Below are positions 10,471 through 19,053 of a stretch of DNA of 64,000 nucleotides, piece by piece (position 1 is the first letter of the stretch; each line of letters starts with the position of its first letter). A program made the translations under genes and the position numbers. Below the pieces are notes generated by a model. The model searched no databases, had not been told where the DNA came from, and saw only the letters and a program-made list of their open reading frames with translations. Source of the DNA: an uncultured Candidatus Cloacimonadota bacterium (lineage in GTDB: Bacteria; Cloacimonadota; Cloacimonadia; Cloacimonadales; JAJBBL01); contig CAYXFD010000015.1 in NCBI GenBank assembly GCA_964464175.1, positions 1,498 to 65,497 on the forward strand. Reading direction: 5' to 3'.

Positions 10471-11256
10471 ATGAATAATTCAGCTGATCTGCGACAGAAG
10501 ATCCATAACATAATTCTGCAAGCCGGCGAAATACTGCTCACTGAAGGGGAAAACAGGCTAAATGTCCGGACAAAATCTTCAGACAGCGATCTGGTGACCG
10601 AAATAGACCTGATGGTTGAAGAGTTTTTAAAAGAGAAATTCAGCCTATTACTTCCCGGCAGTCTATTTCTGGCTGAAGAAACAGAGTCCGATCTTAAGGA
10701 TGCGGAGGTCTTGTGGGTAATTGATCCGATTGACGGGACAACCAATTTTGTTCATCATTTCCCTTTTGCAGCGATCTCCGTCGCTCTTCAGATCAAAGGA
10801 ATAGCTAAACTCGGTTTCGTCTATAATCCCTTTCTGAGTGAGTTTTTCGAAGCTGCCGAAGGAAATGGAAGCCTGTTGAACGGCAAAAGAATAACTGTCT
10901 CTTCTGTCCGGACTATCGACAAAAGCCTTTTAGCTACCGGATTTCCTTACAATTCATCTGATATCGTGAATTTTCGTTTTTTCGAGCATTTCCAGAAACA
11001 GAGCCAGGGGATCAGAAGACCGGGCAGTGCTGCTCTCGATCTCTGCTATATTGCTAAAGGGTCTTTTGATGGTTTCTGGGAGTGGCATCTTAAACCGTGG
11101 GACGTGGCGGCAGGTATCCTTATCGTCGAGGAGGCAGGGGGAATAGTGTCCGATCTCTGCGGTGAAAACTACAGCTTTTCCAGCGATAATATTCTGGCAA
11201 CGAACTCTTCTCTTCATCAGAAAATGCTGATCGAGATGAAACAATTGCTTGCCTGA
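10471..11256 (+). CDS. suhB: Inositol monophosphatase family protein
   Basis: 'DLVTEID', 'LAEE', 'WVIDPIDGTTNF', 'RRPGSAALDL', 'WDVAAG'. Confidence 0.92.
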   Translation: MNNSADLRQKIHNIILQAGEILLTEGENRLNVRTKSSDSDLVTEIDLMVEEFLKEKFSLLLPGSLFLAEETESDLKDAEVLWVIDPIDGTTNFVHHFPFAAISVALQIKGIAKLGFVYNPFLSEFFEAAEGNGSLLNGKRITVSSVRTIDKSLLATGFPYNSSDIVNFRFFEHFQKQSQGIRRPGSAALDLCYIAKGSFDGFWEWHLKPWDVAAGILIVEEAGGIVSDLCGENYSFSSDNILATNSSLHQKMLIEMKQLLA

Positions 11257-11368
11257 AGATGGAGTTAATAGTAGAAGTAGTTTCATTCGGTTGAAAATAA
11301 TGCTTGACCAATAGAGGGCGGCTTAAAGAAACTAATCGTTAATTAGTCCTATTCTCGGGAGGTTTGCA

Positions 11369-13186
11369 ATGAAGTATTTGAAACTCATAATGATAACAAT
11401 TATTCTGCTCTGTCTGGCCTTGATTTCAGCTGAGCCTTATGAAGCAAACAGTTTGAGGAGAGGAACTCGAAACGAGTTTAACTCTCCGGAGATTACCAGG
11501 AACTCAGTCGATCAGAGAAACCTGATACCCCCTTCAGACTTGACTGCTACCTTATTGGATCTGGTAAATGTTCAACTCTCCTGGTCTGCTCCTACCGATC
11601 TTATCCATATTTTCTACCATGACGGAAACTTTGCCGATGGTTACTATCAGAGCTCTGACCGGGCATACGGGACCGTTTTCGACCTTACGGATTACCCGGA
11701 AGCGATCCTTGAATATCTCGATTTCCGGCATTCTCCCTGGGGTTTGAACGGTACCTGGGAATATTCGATCATCATCATCGACTGGATTGAAGGAACACTG
11801 CTGCAGAGGATCGATGACCTGACAACAACCGTTAATAACGGTTGGGAGTTAGAGGTACCCCTGGGAAGTCTGGACGGAGTTACTCAAACCGGGATATTTA
11901 TCATTCCTTTAGGTAACAGTGCTCTTGATGCTTTTCCGGTTGTTGATCTTGACGCTGAGTTGAATGGCTCTTCCTACGTTATCCATGCCGATGACTATAG
12001 TGTCGATGTTCAGGCTACCGGAGACTTTCTCATGGATCTCTGGATCAGAGAAGGTACCAGCCCGGCAAGAAGTATAAGCAGCAGTGGAATAAAAACAGCT
12101 GCTGTTCATCCACCTGCTCCTTTGAGGGAACGTCAGGAACTGCTCGGTTACAAAATATACCGTGATGAGAATGAAATACTGGAAATAACCGATCCGGCTA
12201 TTCTCTCCTATATTGACGAAGACCTTCCTGACGGAACCTTCACCTATTACGTTACTGCTCTTTACGATCAAGGGGAATCGGAACCCTCTAATGCGGTTTC
12301 CGTAGAGATTAACACAGGTCTGCAGGTCTTGTGGCGTGATAATTTCCAGGCTTATCCTGATTTCGCAACTGATTTTCCACCCTGGACTGTCCTCGATCTG
12401 GACGGCGGTCCTACTTATGGGTTTACCAACGTCACTTTCCCGGGTGAATATCAGCCTATGGGATTTGTGATCATTAATCCCTCAGCAACTTCTCCCCCCT
12501 TAACAGGACTGACACCTGTCAGCGGAAGTAAAATGGCTGCTTCCTTTGCTTCTTCCAATCAGCAAAGCAATAACTGGCTGATCTCCCATCTTTTCAATCT
12601 TGGAACGGAGTCTTCTCTCTCTTTTCAAGCCCGTTCTTATTCATCACAATACGGCCTGGACAGATTCCGGGTAGGAATATCTACTACTGATACTGATCCG
12701 GACAGCTTCACGATTATTTCAGCGGATGATTATGTCTCTGCTCCGGTTGCCTGGACTGAATTCACCTATGATCTATCGGATTATGATGAGCAGTCCGTCT
12801 ATTTTGCGATAAATTGTGTCTCAGATGATTCCTGGGTGCTTCTGCTCGATGATTTCAAGATTCTTTCAATCGGAGGTTCTGATACTGATGATGTTCTTTT
12901 AGATATCCCCGATAGTGCCGCGTCCCGAAACTACCCTAACCCCTTTAACCCTGAAACAACTATTGAGTTTTCCCTGCCCCGGGAGGGCGAGACCAGAGTT
13001 GAGATATTCAATCTCCGGGGACAAAGAATTGCTCTTCTTCTCGCTGAATATCTCCCCGCAGGATCCCACCGCGTTAACTGGTCAGGCAGAGACAGCAGAG
13101 AAAACGAAGTAACCAGCGGTGTTTACCTCTACCGCATCGTTTCTGAGGAAAGCACTCAAACCGGAAAAATGATACTGCTGAAATAG
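11369..13186 (+). CDS. Secreted protein: FN3 + choice-of-anchor J/cleaved adhesin + FlgD-Ig/T9SS type A-like C-terminal sorting domain
   Basis: Sec signal peptide; FN3 'LLGYKIYRD...YYVTALYDQGESEPSN'; cleaved-adhesin-like 'WTVLDLDGG...NNWLIS...YFAINCVSDD'; C-terminus 'NYPNPFNPETTIEFSL...SGVYLYRI...KMILLK'. Confidence 0.85.
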   Translation: MKYLKLIMITIILLCLALISAEPYEANSLRRGTRNEFNSPEITRNSVDQRNLIPPSDLTATLLDLVNVQLSWSAPTDLIHIFYHDGNFADGYYQSSDRAYGTVFDLTDYPEAILEYLDFRHSPWGLNGTWEYSIIIIDWIEGTLLQRIDDLTTTVNNGWELEVPLGSLDGVTQTGIFIIPLGNSALDAFPVVDLDAELNGSSYVIHADDYSVDVQATGDFLMDLWIREGTSPARSISSSGIKTAAVHPPAPLRERQELLGYKIYRDENEILEITDPAILSYIDEDLPDGTFTYYVTALYDQGESEPSNAVSVEINTGLQVLWRDNFQAYPDFATDFPPWTVLDLDGGPTYGFTNVTFPGEYQPMGFVIINPSATSPPLTGLTPVSGSKMAASFASSNQQSNNWLISHLFNLGTESSLSFQARSYSSQYGLDRFRVGISTTDTDPDSFTIISADDYVSAPVAWTEFTYDLSDYDEQSVYFAINCVSDDSWVLLLDDFKILSIGGSDTDDVLLDIPDSAASRNYPNPFNPETTIEFSLPREGETRVEIFNLRGQRIALLLAEYLPAGSHRVNWSGRDSRENEVTSGVYLYRIVSEESTQTGKMILLK

Positions 13187-13215
13187 TTTTTACCCATTGA
13201 ATTAACACGATTTTG

Positions 13216-13245
13216 AGGGGTACGGAGAACCGTACCCCTTTTTTT
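13216..13245 (+). terminator. Rho-independent terminator
   Basis: AGGGGTACGG-AGAA-CCGTACCCCT 10-bp stem followed by a T-run, 30 bp after the CDS stop. Confidence 0.9.
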
Positions 13246-13431
13246 CAAGAGGAGACCGGACGGGCTGTTTTGGTTTTTCTAACTGACTGGTTGAAGGATA
13301 TCCGATAAAAACTCCCCGCCTGATAACTATTGACACCATTTTACTTCAAATCAATCTGGCTATCTGAGAGAAGAGATCGGGAAACCTAAACGATCAATTC
13401 TGACAGATAAAGAACAGGATAAAAGGATCTT

Positions 13432-16026
13432 ATGTATTATTACGAGATAGCTCTGCCCTTGAATGTTGATCAACTCTTTACTTATCGTTGTGACAGGAAG
13501 TTAAAGCAGGGCTGCCGGGTACTGGTCAGTTTCAACAACACTCTCCAAACCGGGTTTATCTGGACGGAAAATGAATCTTTCCTCAAAGAGAAGCAATTTC
13601 CGGTAAAAGACATTCTGGAAATCATTGATAACACACCTCTTCTTTCCCCTGATCTTTTATCCTTGGCTGAATGGATGAGTAACTATTATCTCTGCAGTTT
13701 GGGAACCGTTATCATGGCTATGCTTCCGACAGCTCTACAGATACAGGTTGCCACAGAGATCAGGCTGCTGCAGGATCAGTCTAAGCTGTTAAGCACACCG
13801 GAAGATTTGGAGCAGAATAGCCAGCAGCAAGAGAATGAGCAGAGAGAAACCGCTAAGAACCCTCTCCGGACAGATGAAACAGAAAAGGGATTGCTTTCCA
13901 TTCAGGAAAAAAAGCTCCTCTCATTACTGAAAGAAGATGAATGGACTAAGCTCACAACCGTTAAAGAGCAGCTGCAGGGTTTCCCCATATATAAACATCT
14001 GGAGAAACTTGAAGATCAGGAAATTATCGAGATCAAACGGACTTTTGACCGCAAGATAAAGAAGAAATTTGCTAACTTCATCTTCTTAAATGAGGTTTCG
14101 GAAGAAAACCGGGAGTTAACGGCAAAGCAGCAAGAAGCCTGGAACAGGATAAGAGTTTTAGCCGGAGATGATCAACCCCTCGGATTACAGAAAAGGGAGA
14201 GAAGCAGATTGCTAACACCGGGCAAACTCCTCCCTTTGGCAAGAGTTGCCGATGATTACAGTTATTCGGTGATCAAAGCACTCCGTAACAAAGGACTGAT
14301 CAGCATCGAAGCCCGGGAAGTAACTGATACCCTTCTAAAAGAGAGAAAACCACAGGCAGCAGCTAATCTAATACTTTCTGAAGAACAGGATTCAGCCTTC
14401 CGAATAATCAGGAAAGAGCTTATAAACCACTCTTTCAAGACCTTTTTGCTTTACGGAGTCACCGGCAGCGGAAAAACCGAGATCTATCTCAGACTGATCA
14501 AGGAGTGCCTGGCTCAGTCCCGCAGTGCCTTGATCCTGGTTCCGGAGATCGCACTCACTCCTCAAATGGAAGAGAGATTTTATAACGCTTTCGGCGAAAA
14601 AATTGCCGTTTTGCATAGCCATAGAAATGAGCGGGAAAGATGGGAAGAATGGAAACGGATCCGAAAAGGTGACTGCCGGATAGTACTGGGTGCCAGAAGC
14701 GCTCTCTTTGCCCCTCTTGCCAGGATCGGACTGATTATAGTTGATGAAGAGCACGAAGGGAGTTACAAGCAGGACAATAACCCCCGTTATAATGCCCGGG
14801 ATTTAGCAGTATTCCGGGGCAAGCAGAATAATGCCGTCGTTGTGCTGGGTAGTGCCACTCCCTCCCTTGAATCCTGGGCAAACGCCCAGAACAAGAGATA
14901 TGAATTATTGCAGCTCACTCACCGCCCTCTCCGCATCCCGATGCCGGAAGTAACAATTATCGATATGAAAGAAGAACAGGGTGAGGATCTCTTATCCGCT
15001 CTTTTGAAAGAAAAGATTTTGGAAAGACTTGCCCGGAAAGAGCAGATCATACTTTTCCAAAACCGCCGGGGCTATGCCTCCTATGTTATCTGTCTCGGCT
15101 GTGGTACGATACACCGCTGTCCGAAGTGTGATGTCAGTTTGATCTATCACTCTTCCGAACACTTGTTGATGTGTCACTATTGTGGTTATAAAGAAAAGAT
15201 GTTTCGTAAATGTCCCGGTTGCGGCAGTTATGTCCTGGAATTCGGAACTGCCGGTACACAGCAGCTGGAGAAGCAGCTCCAGATTCTGTTTCCTTCCGCC
15301 AGAATTCTGAGAATGGATACCGATTCAACGTATGGCAAGGAGAGTTATGACAGGATGTATAAAAGGATGGGCGACGGAACTGTTGATATCCTGTTTGGAA
15401 CGCAGATGATAGCCAAAGGTCTGGACTTTGCCAATGTTACCCTGGTGGGAGTTATCTCAGCTGATAACAGTCTGAATATCCCTGATTTCCGCTCTACGGA
15501 ACGTACCTTTCAACTCCTGACCCAGGTTGCCGGAAGATCAGGCAGAGGCGACAGGAAAGGAGAAGTGATCATTCAAACCCATAATCCCAAACATTATGCC
15601 ATTCTTACTGCTCAGAAGCAGGACTTCTGCAGTTTTGTCGCTGAGGAATTAACCACAAGAAAAGCCCTCAACTATCCCCCCTTTGTCAGAATTGCCCGTT
15701 TACTCTTTTCTCACCGGGATGAAGCATTCTTAAAAGAACAGTTAGAAAAGACAAAACCATATCTTCATAATATCAGCCGATTCCATCAAAGTAAAGCAAA
15801 AAAAAGTCTTTCTCCCGGTGTAAACAAGTCTCTGGGAATTTTTACTATTCTTGGTCCGGTAACTACCCCCATTCCGAAAATCAACGATAGATATAGGTTT
15901 CATGTGATTATTAAGACCGATTCGGTGAAACATCTTCTCAGTGCGGTGCATTATCTGAGAGAAAATATTAAGCTTAATAAGGCAATAAAAATTGATATCG
16001 ACATCGATCCGTCATCGCTGATGTAA
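13432..16026 (+). CDS. priA: Primosomal protein N' (replication restart helicase)
   Basis: 'GVTGSGKTEIY', 'LVPEIALTPQ', 'IVDEEHE', 'GSATPS', Cys cluster 'CLGC...CPKC...CHYC...CPGC', 'GTQMIAKGLDF', 'QVAGRSGR'. Confidence 0.97.
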   Translation: MYYYEIALPLNVDQLFTYRCDRKLKQGCRVLVSFNNTLQTGFIWTENESFLKEKQFPVKDILEIIDNTPLLSPDLLSLAEWMSNYYLCSLGTVIMAMLPTALQIQVATEIRLLQDQSKLLSTPEDLEQNSQQQENEQRETAKNPLRTDETEKGLLSIQEKKLLSLLKEDEWTKLTTVKEQLQGFPIYKHLEKLEDQEIIEIKRTFDRKIKKKFANFIFLNEVSEENRELTAKQQEAWNRIRVLAGDDQPLGLQKRERSRLLTPGKLLPLARVADDYSYSVIKALRNKGLISIEAREVTDTLLKERKPQAAANLILSEEQDSAFRIIRKELINHSFKTFLLYGVTGSGKTEIYLRLIKECLAQSRSALILVPEIALTPQMEERFYNAFGEKIAVLHSHRNERERWEEWKRIRKGDCRIVLGARSALFAPLARIGLIIVDEEHEGSYKQDNNPRYNARDLAVFRGKQNNAVVVLGSATPSLESWANAQNKRYELLQLTHRPLRIPMPEVTIIDMKEEQGEDLLSALLKEKILERLARKEQIILFQNRRGYASYVICLGCGTIHRCPKCDVSLIYHSSEHLLMCHYCGYKEKMFRKCPGCGSYVLEFGTAGTQQLEKQLQILFPSARILRMDTDSTYGKESYDRMYKRMGDGTVDILFGTQMIAKGLDFANVTLVGVISADNSLNIPDFRSTERTFQLLTQVAGRSGRGDRKGEVIIQTHNPKHYAILTAQKQDFCSFVAEELTTRKALNYPPFVRIARLLFSHRDEAFLKEQLEKTKPYLHNISRFHQSKAKKSLSPGVNKSLGIFTILGPVTTPIPKINDRYRFHVIIKTDSVKHLLSAVHYLRENIKLNKAIKIDIDIDPSSLM

Positions 16027-16190
16027 ATAGCTGGAAACGTCCCGTACTACTTATTTCCCTGACAGATTCTCTCACTCTTGTTATCTGATTACTGTCATGG
16101 GTTGCTGACCTCCGCGTTGCTGACTACCGGGAGAGGGTTTCCGGCAAAGCAGATAAGAGCTTGCTACCTGCTATTGCCCGCCTTTAACTC

Positions 16191-17057
16191 TTATTGCTTT
16201 TCAAACTGAACATTTTTTATCATCAGATATGTACAGAAGATAGCTGCAGCATTAACTACCGGAATGATAACAATAACAGGGATTACATTAACACCAGCCA
16301 TTGCCATGGCCACAATTTTTGCCGTTAAAGCGGTCATCAGCAGAGATAGAAATCCCAGATATACAGTTGAATATCTATATCCTTCACTCCGTTTTTTATA
16401 GAGCAAAACAGCAACAACAAAACATATCGGCAATAACAATCCCAGATCAAAACCTTGCACGATCAGGGTTGTGAAATGGTACAATTCCGGCGGATATATA
16501 GTCCCCTCAACCAGGGGAGGAACAATTATACCTAACCAGAGAAACGTGATGGCAACGGTATTAAAGATCAAAAATCCTCCTACCCCTTTTGCCGGAGTTT
16601 TTTCTGAAAAAACATGGGTTCTCGTGGTTTTAAGATCTTTAATCGATAGAAACAGCCCGAAAAATGATAGAGCAAGAAGAACAACATAGCAAAGAAACAG
16701 GGCGTTGTACATTCCCATCGCAGTATAAAACAAATAAGTAACGAAGAAATAACCCAGGACACCACTTAAGAGATAATGTGACCGGATGGAATTCTTTCGG
16801 TATCCTATAAGCGTAATAATCAAAAGTGGGATACCAATAAACAGCGTTATATAATCTTGAGCAATACCCTGTATTGCTACATCACTGGGCATGTGTTGAT
16901 AAATACCTCTGCCATAGATCTCCACTTTGAGTCCCCGGATAGATTCATAAGTAAAAGAACCTTCACCAAATTCTAAAAAAATCCCGCTCCCGGCAGCTAT
17001 ACCCGCCAGAACAATAATGGCAAAAACAAGTACTGAAATCAAATTCTTACCACTCAT
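16191..17057 (-). CDS. Hypothetical polytopic membrane protein (about 8 TM)
   Basis: 288-aa ORF with alternating hydrophobic segments; overlaps the upstream gene by 11 bp. Confidence 0.75.
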   Translation of the reverse strand: MSGKNLISVLVFAIIVLAGIAAGSGIFLEFGEGSFTYESIRGLKVEIYGRGIYQHMPSDVAIQGIAQDYITLFIGIPLLIITLIGYRKNSIRSHYLLSGVLGYFFVTYLFYTAMGMYNALFLCYVVLLALSFFGLFLSIKDLKTTRTHVFSEKTPAKGVGGFLIFNTVAITFLWLGIIVPPLVEGTIYPPELYHFTTLIVQGFDLGLLLPICFVVAVLLYKKRSEGYRYSTVYLGFLSLLMTALTAKIVAMAMAGVNVIPVIVIIPVVNAAAIFCTYLMIKNVQFEKQ

Positions 17058-17451
17058 AATGCGATCTCTCCCTTTTCTTTTCGAGATAATATAGAATCAA
17101 GGCTGTTACGCCAAAACTAAACTCAGCTATAAAACTCAACCAGTTTGATCTGTCCCCCGCTCCGTCAAAAAAGATACCGAATAACCTGGCCAGAGAAGCT
17201 AAACCTATTGAACCGGCTAAGACGATCAAACCATAAATCACTCTTTCCTTCCTTAAGGCAAAAAAGAGCAACAAAGCTCCTAATCCGATTTCCATACCAC
17301 CTAAAACCGCACGAATATGATTTGCGCTGCTTCTGGTTGGTAATATTATCCCATCCAGTTCTGTGATTGCATCCGGATGAACAACAAACAACAAGCCGAA
17401 ACCAAGGTATATCAAGCTTCCCAGTACTAAAAAAATCCGGGACAATTTCAT
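17047..17451 (-). CDS. DUF4345-like membrane protein
   Basis: 134 aa, about 4 TM; 'NHIRAVLGGMEIGLG' and 'LARLFGIFFDG' fit the DUF4345 pattern. Confidence 0.7.
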   Translation of the reverse strand: MKLSRIFLVLGSLIYLGFGLLFVVHPDAITELDGIILPTRSSANHIRAVLGGMEIGLGALLLFFALRKERVIYGLIVLAGSIGLASLARLFGIFFDGAGDRSNWLSFIAEFSFGVTALILYYLEKKRERSHYEW

Positions 17452-17546
17452 TCAAATCTCCTCTCTCATCTTCTCACTTATGCTCTGCTGAATAATGCGG
17501 TTAGAAATCCTGCTAATGCTAACAAACTATCCGCTATGGAATATAA

Positions 17547-19016
17547 TCAGTAACCAACAATGATAATATATCCGTCGGTATAAGTCTTTATATCTCCCAC
17601 ATTGAAATGAAAATTGTCACCCTGATAAGATTCGGATGGTTGATTAGTACCAAATACCTCATAATCGGCAAACCGGTGAACATCATGAGGATGATTGTAG
17701 GGATTACCCGTTCCAAAACTGAGCGTGACGATCCTGGCATAACGGTCGAGAACTGCCTCTAAAAAGTAACCGTTAGAAGAGGTGCGGCTTCCGTGATGTC
17801 CTGCCTTCAAGACATCAGCCGATAAATGAAAATCATTATTAACCAGATAACTCTCTACCGATGCTTCAATATCTCCGGTAAAAAGATAGGCAACCTCTCC
17901 ATATTCTACCCTCAATACAACAGAACGATCATTCTCACTGCCGGAACTTACTCCCGGAGGAAGATCAATATTTAAGATCTCGAAACTAACCGCTGAGTCA
18001 ACAGAGAGAAAATCGCCCGTTTCAAAACCTAAGGGTTCATCGGGAGATAAATAAAAGTCATACTCGATCCCGTGATTCCGGATATCGGCTAATCCACCCC
18101 AATGGTCCATGTGATTATGAGTCTCGATCAGATAACGAAAATGTCCGATATCTTCATTCAACACATAATTTAACATAAAAGGATATCCTGCCCCGTTCCA
18201 GTAGGACGGACTCGAAAAACCGGGAACCCGCGATCCATAACCGCCATCTATTGCTATCGCCTGACCCTCAGGGGTCTGGATCAAAACTCCGTCCCCCTGC
18301 CTGACATCAATAAAATCTACCCGCAGCATGGGGTACTGGTTATCAGCAGCCAAAAAAGTCAGCATTGTATCATGAACCGCAGCTGCAGTTTCAACCCTTA
18401 GAGCCATCTCATAATAATAACCACCGCTCTCCACCGGGAGTGGAAAATCTACATAAGACCTTTTCACCGCGGCAGAATAGGCTTTATACCGCAGCCCGGT
18501 AAAATTATCTCTCCGGTAAGAAAGGGTCAGATTAACCGGTTCATTCGTTGACATGAAAAACCTGTTGTTGTGAATCAGCAGATCATTGATCAAAGACGCC
18601 TGTTCTTCCTGGATGATTGTGATCTGATGACTTACGGTACTGCTCCCGGTAGTCATTCCGGCACTGTTCCTCGCTGATACTCTGATCGTATAGATTCCAC
18701 TCTCCTGGTAGGCATAAGCCATCTCCAGAGTTGAGCCGCTGGGAGCTAAATCGGTATATTGCGAAACCGTACCGTTACCCCAGTCAAATCTTGCTTGTAC
18801 CTGGAGCTCTGCGGGGTCTTCTATGATAACTCTGGCTATAAAAAAGGTGTTGGTGGACAATGAATCAGGAGCTGCAATTTTACCGGTTATCTCTGGGGGG
18901 TGATAATCTGTGGAAAATTTCGTCCCCTCTCCACAACCGGTAAACAGCACAAGAAAGACGATGATCAGCAAAAAAATCAGCTTCCTGTAAAGCTTCGTCC
19001 GTTTATTATTTCTCAT
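17547..19016 (-). CDS. Lipoprotein with PKD-like domain and ComEC/Rec2-type MBL-fold hydrolase
   Basis: Lipobox 'LFTGC' (Cys28); PKD-like 'FDWGNGT...YQESGIYTIRVSA'; MBL 'DVRQGDG', 'ETHNHMDHWGG', 'LFTGDIE', 'LKAGHHGS'. Confidence 0.85.
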   Translation of the reverse strand: MRNNKRTKLYRKLIFLLIIVFLVLFTGCGEGTKFSTDYHPPEITGKIAAPDSLSTNTFFIARVIIEDPAELQVQARFDWGNGTVSQYTDLAPSGSTLEMAYAYQESGIYTIRVSARNSAGMTTGSSTVSHQITIIQEEQASLINDLLIHNNRFFMSTNEPVNLTLSYRRDNFTGLRYKAYSAAVKRSYVDFPLPVESGGYYYEMALRVETAAAVHDTMLTFLAADNQYPMLRVDFIDVRQGDGVLIQTPEGQAIAIDGGYGSRVPGFSSPSYWNGAGYPFMLNYVLNEDIGHFRYLIETHNHMDHWGGLADIRNHGIEYDFYLSPDEPLGFETGDFLSVDSAVSFEILNIDLPPGVSSGSENDRSVVLRVEYGEVAYLFTGDIEASVESYLVNNDFHLSADVLKAGHHGSRTSSNGYFLEAVLDRYARIVTLSFGTGNPYNHPHDVHRFADYEVFGTNQPSESYQGDNFHFNVGDIKTYTDGYIIIVGY

Positions 19017-19053
19017 TTATCTCTCAATTTTTTTGTTTCAGACTTGAATATCC

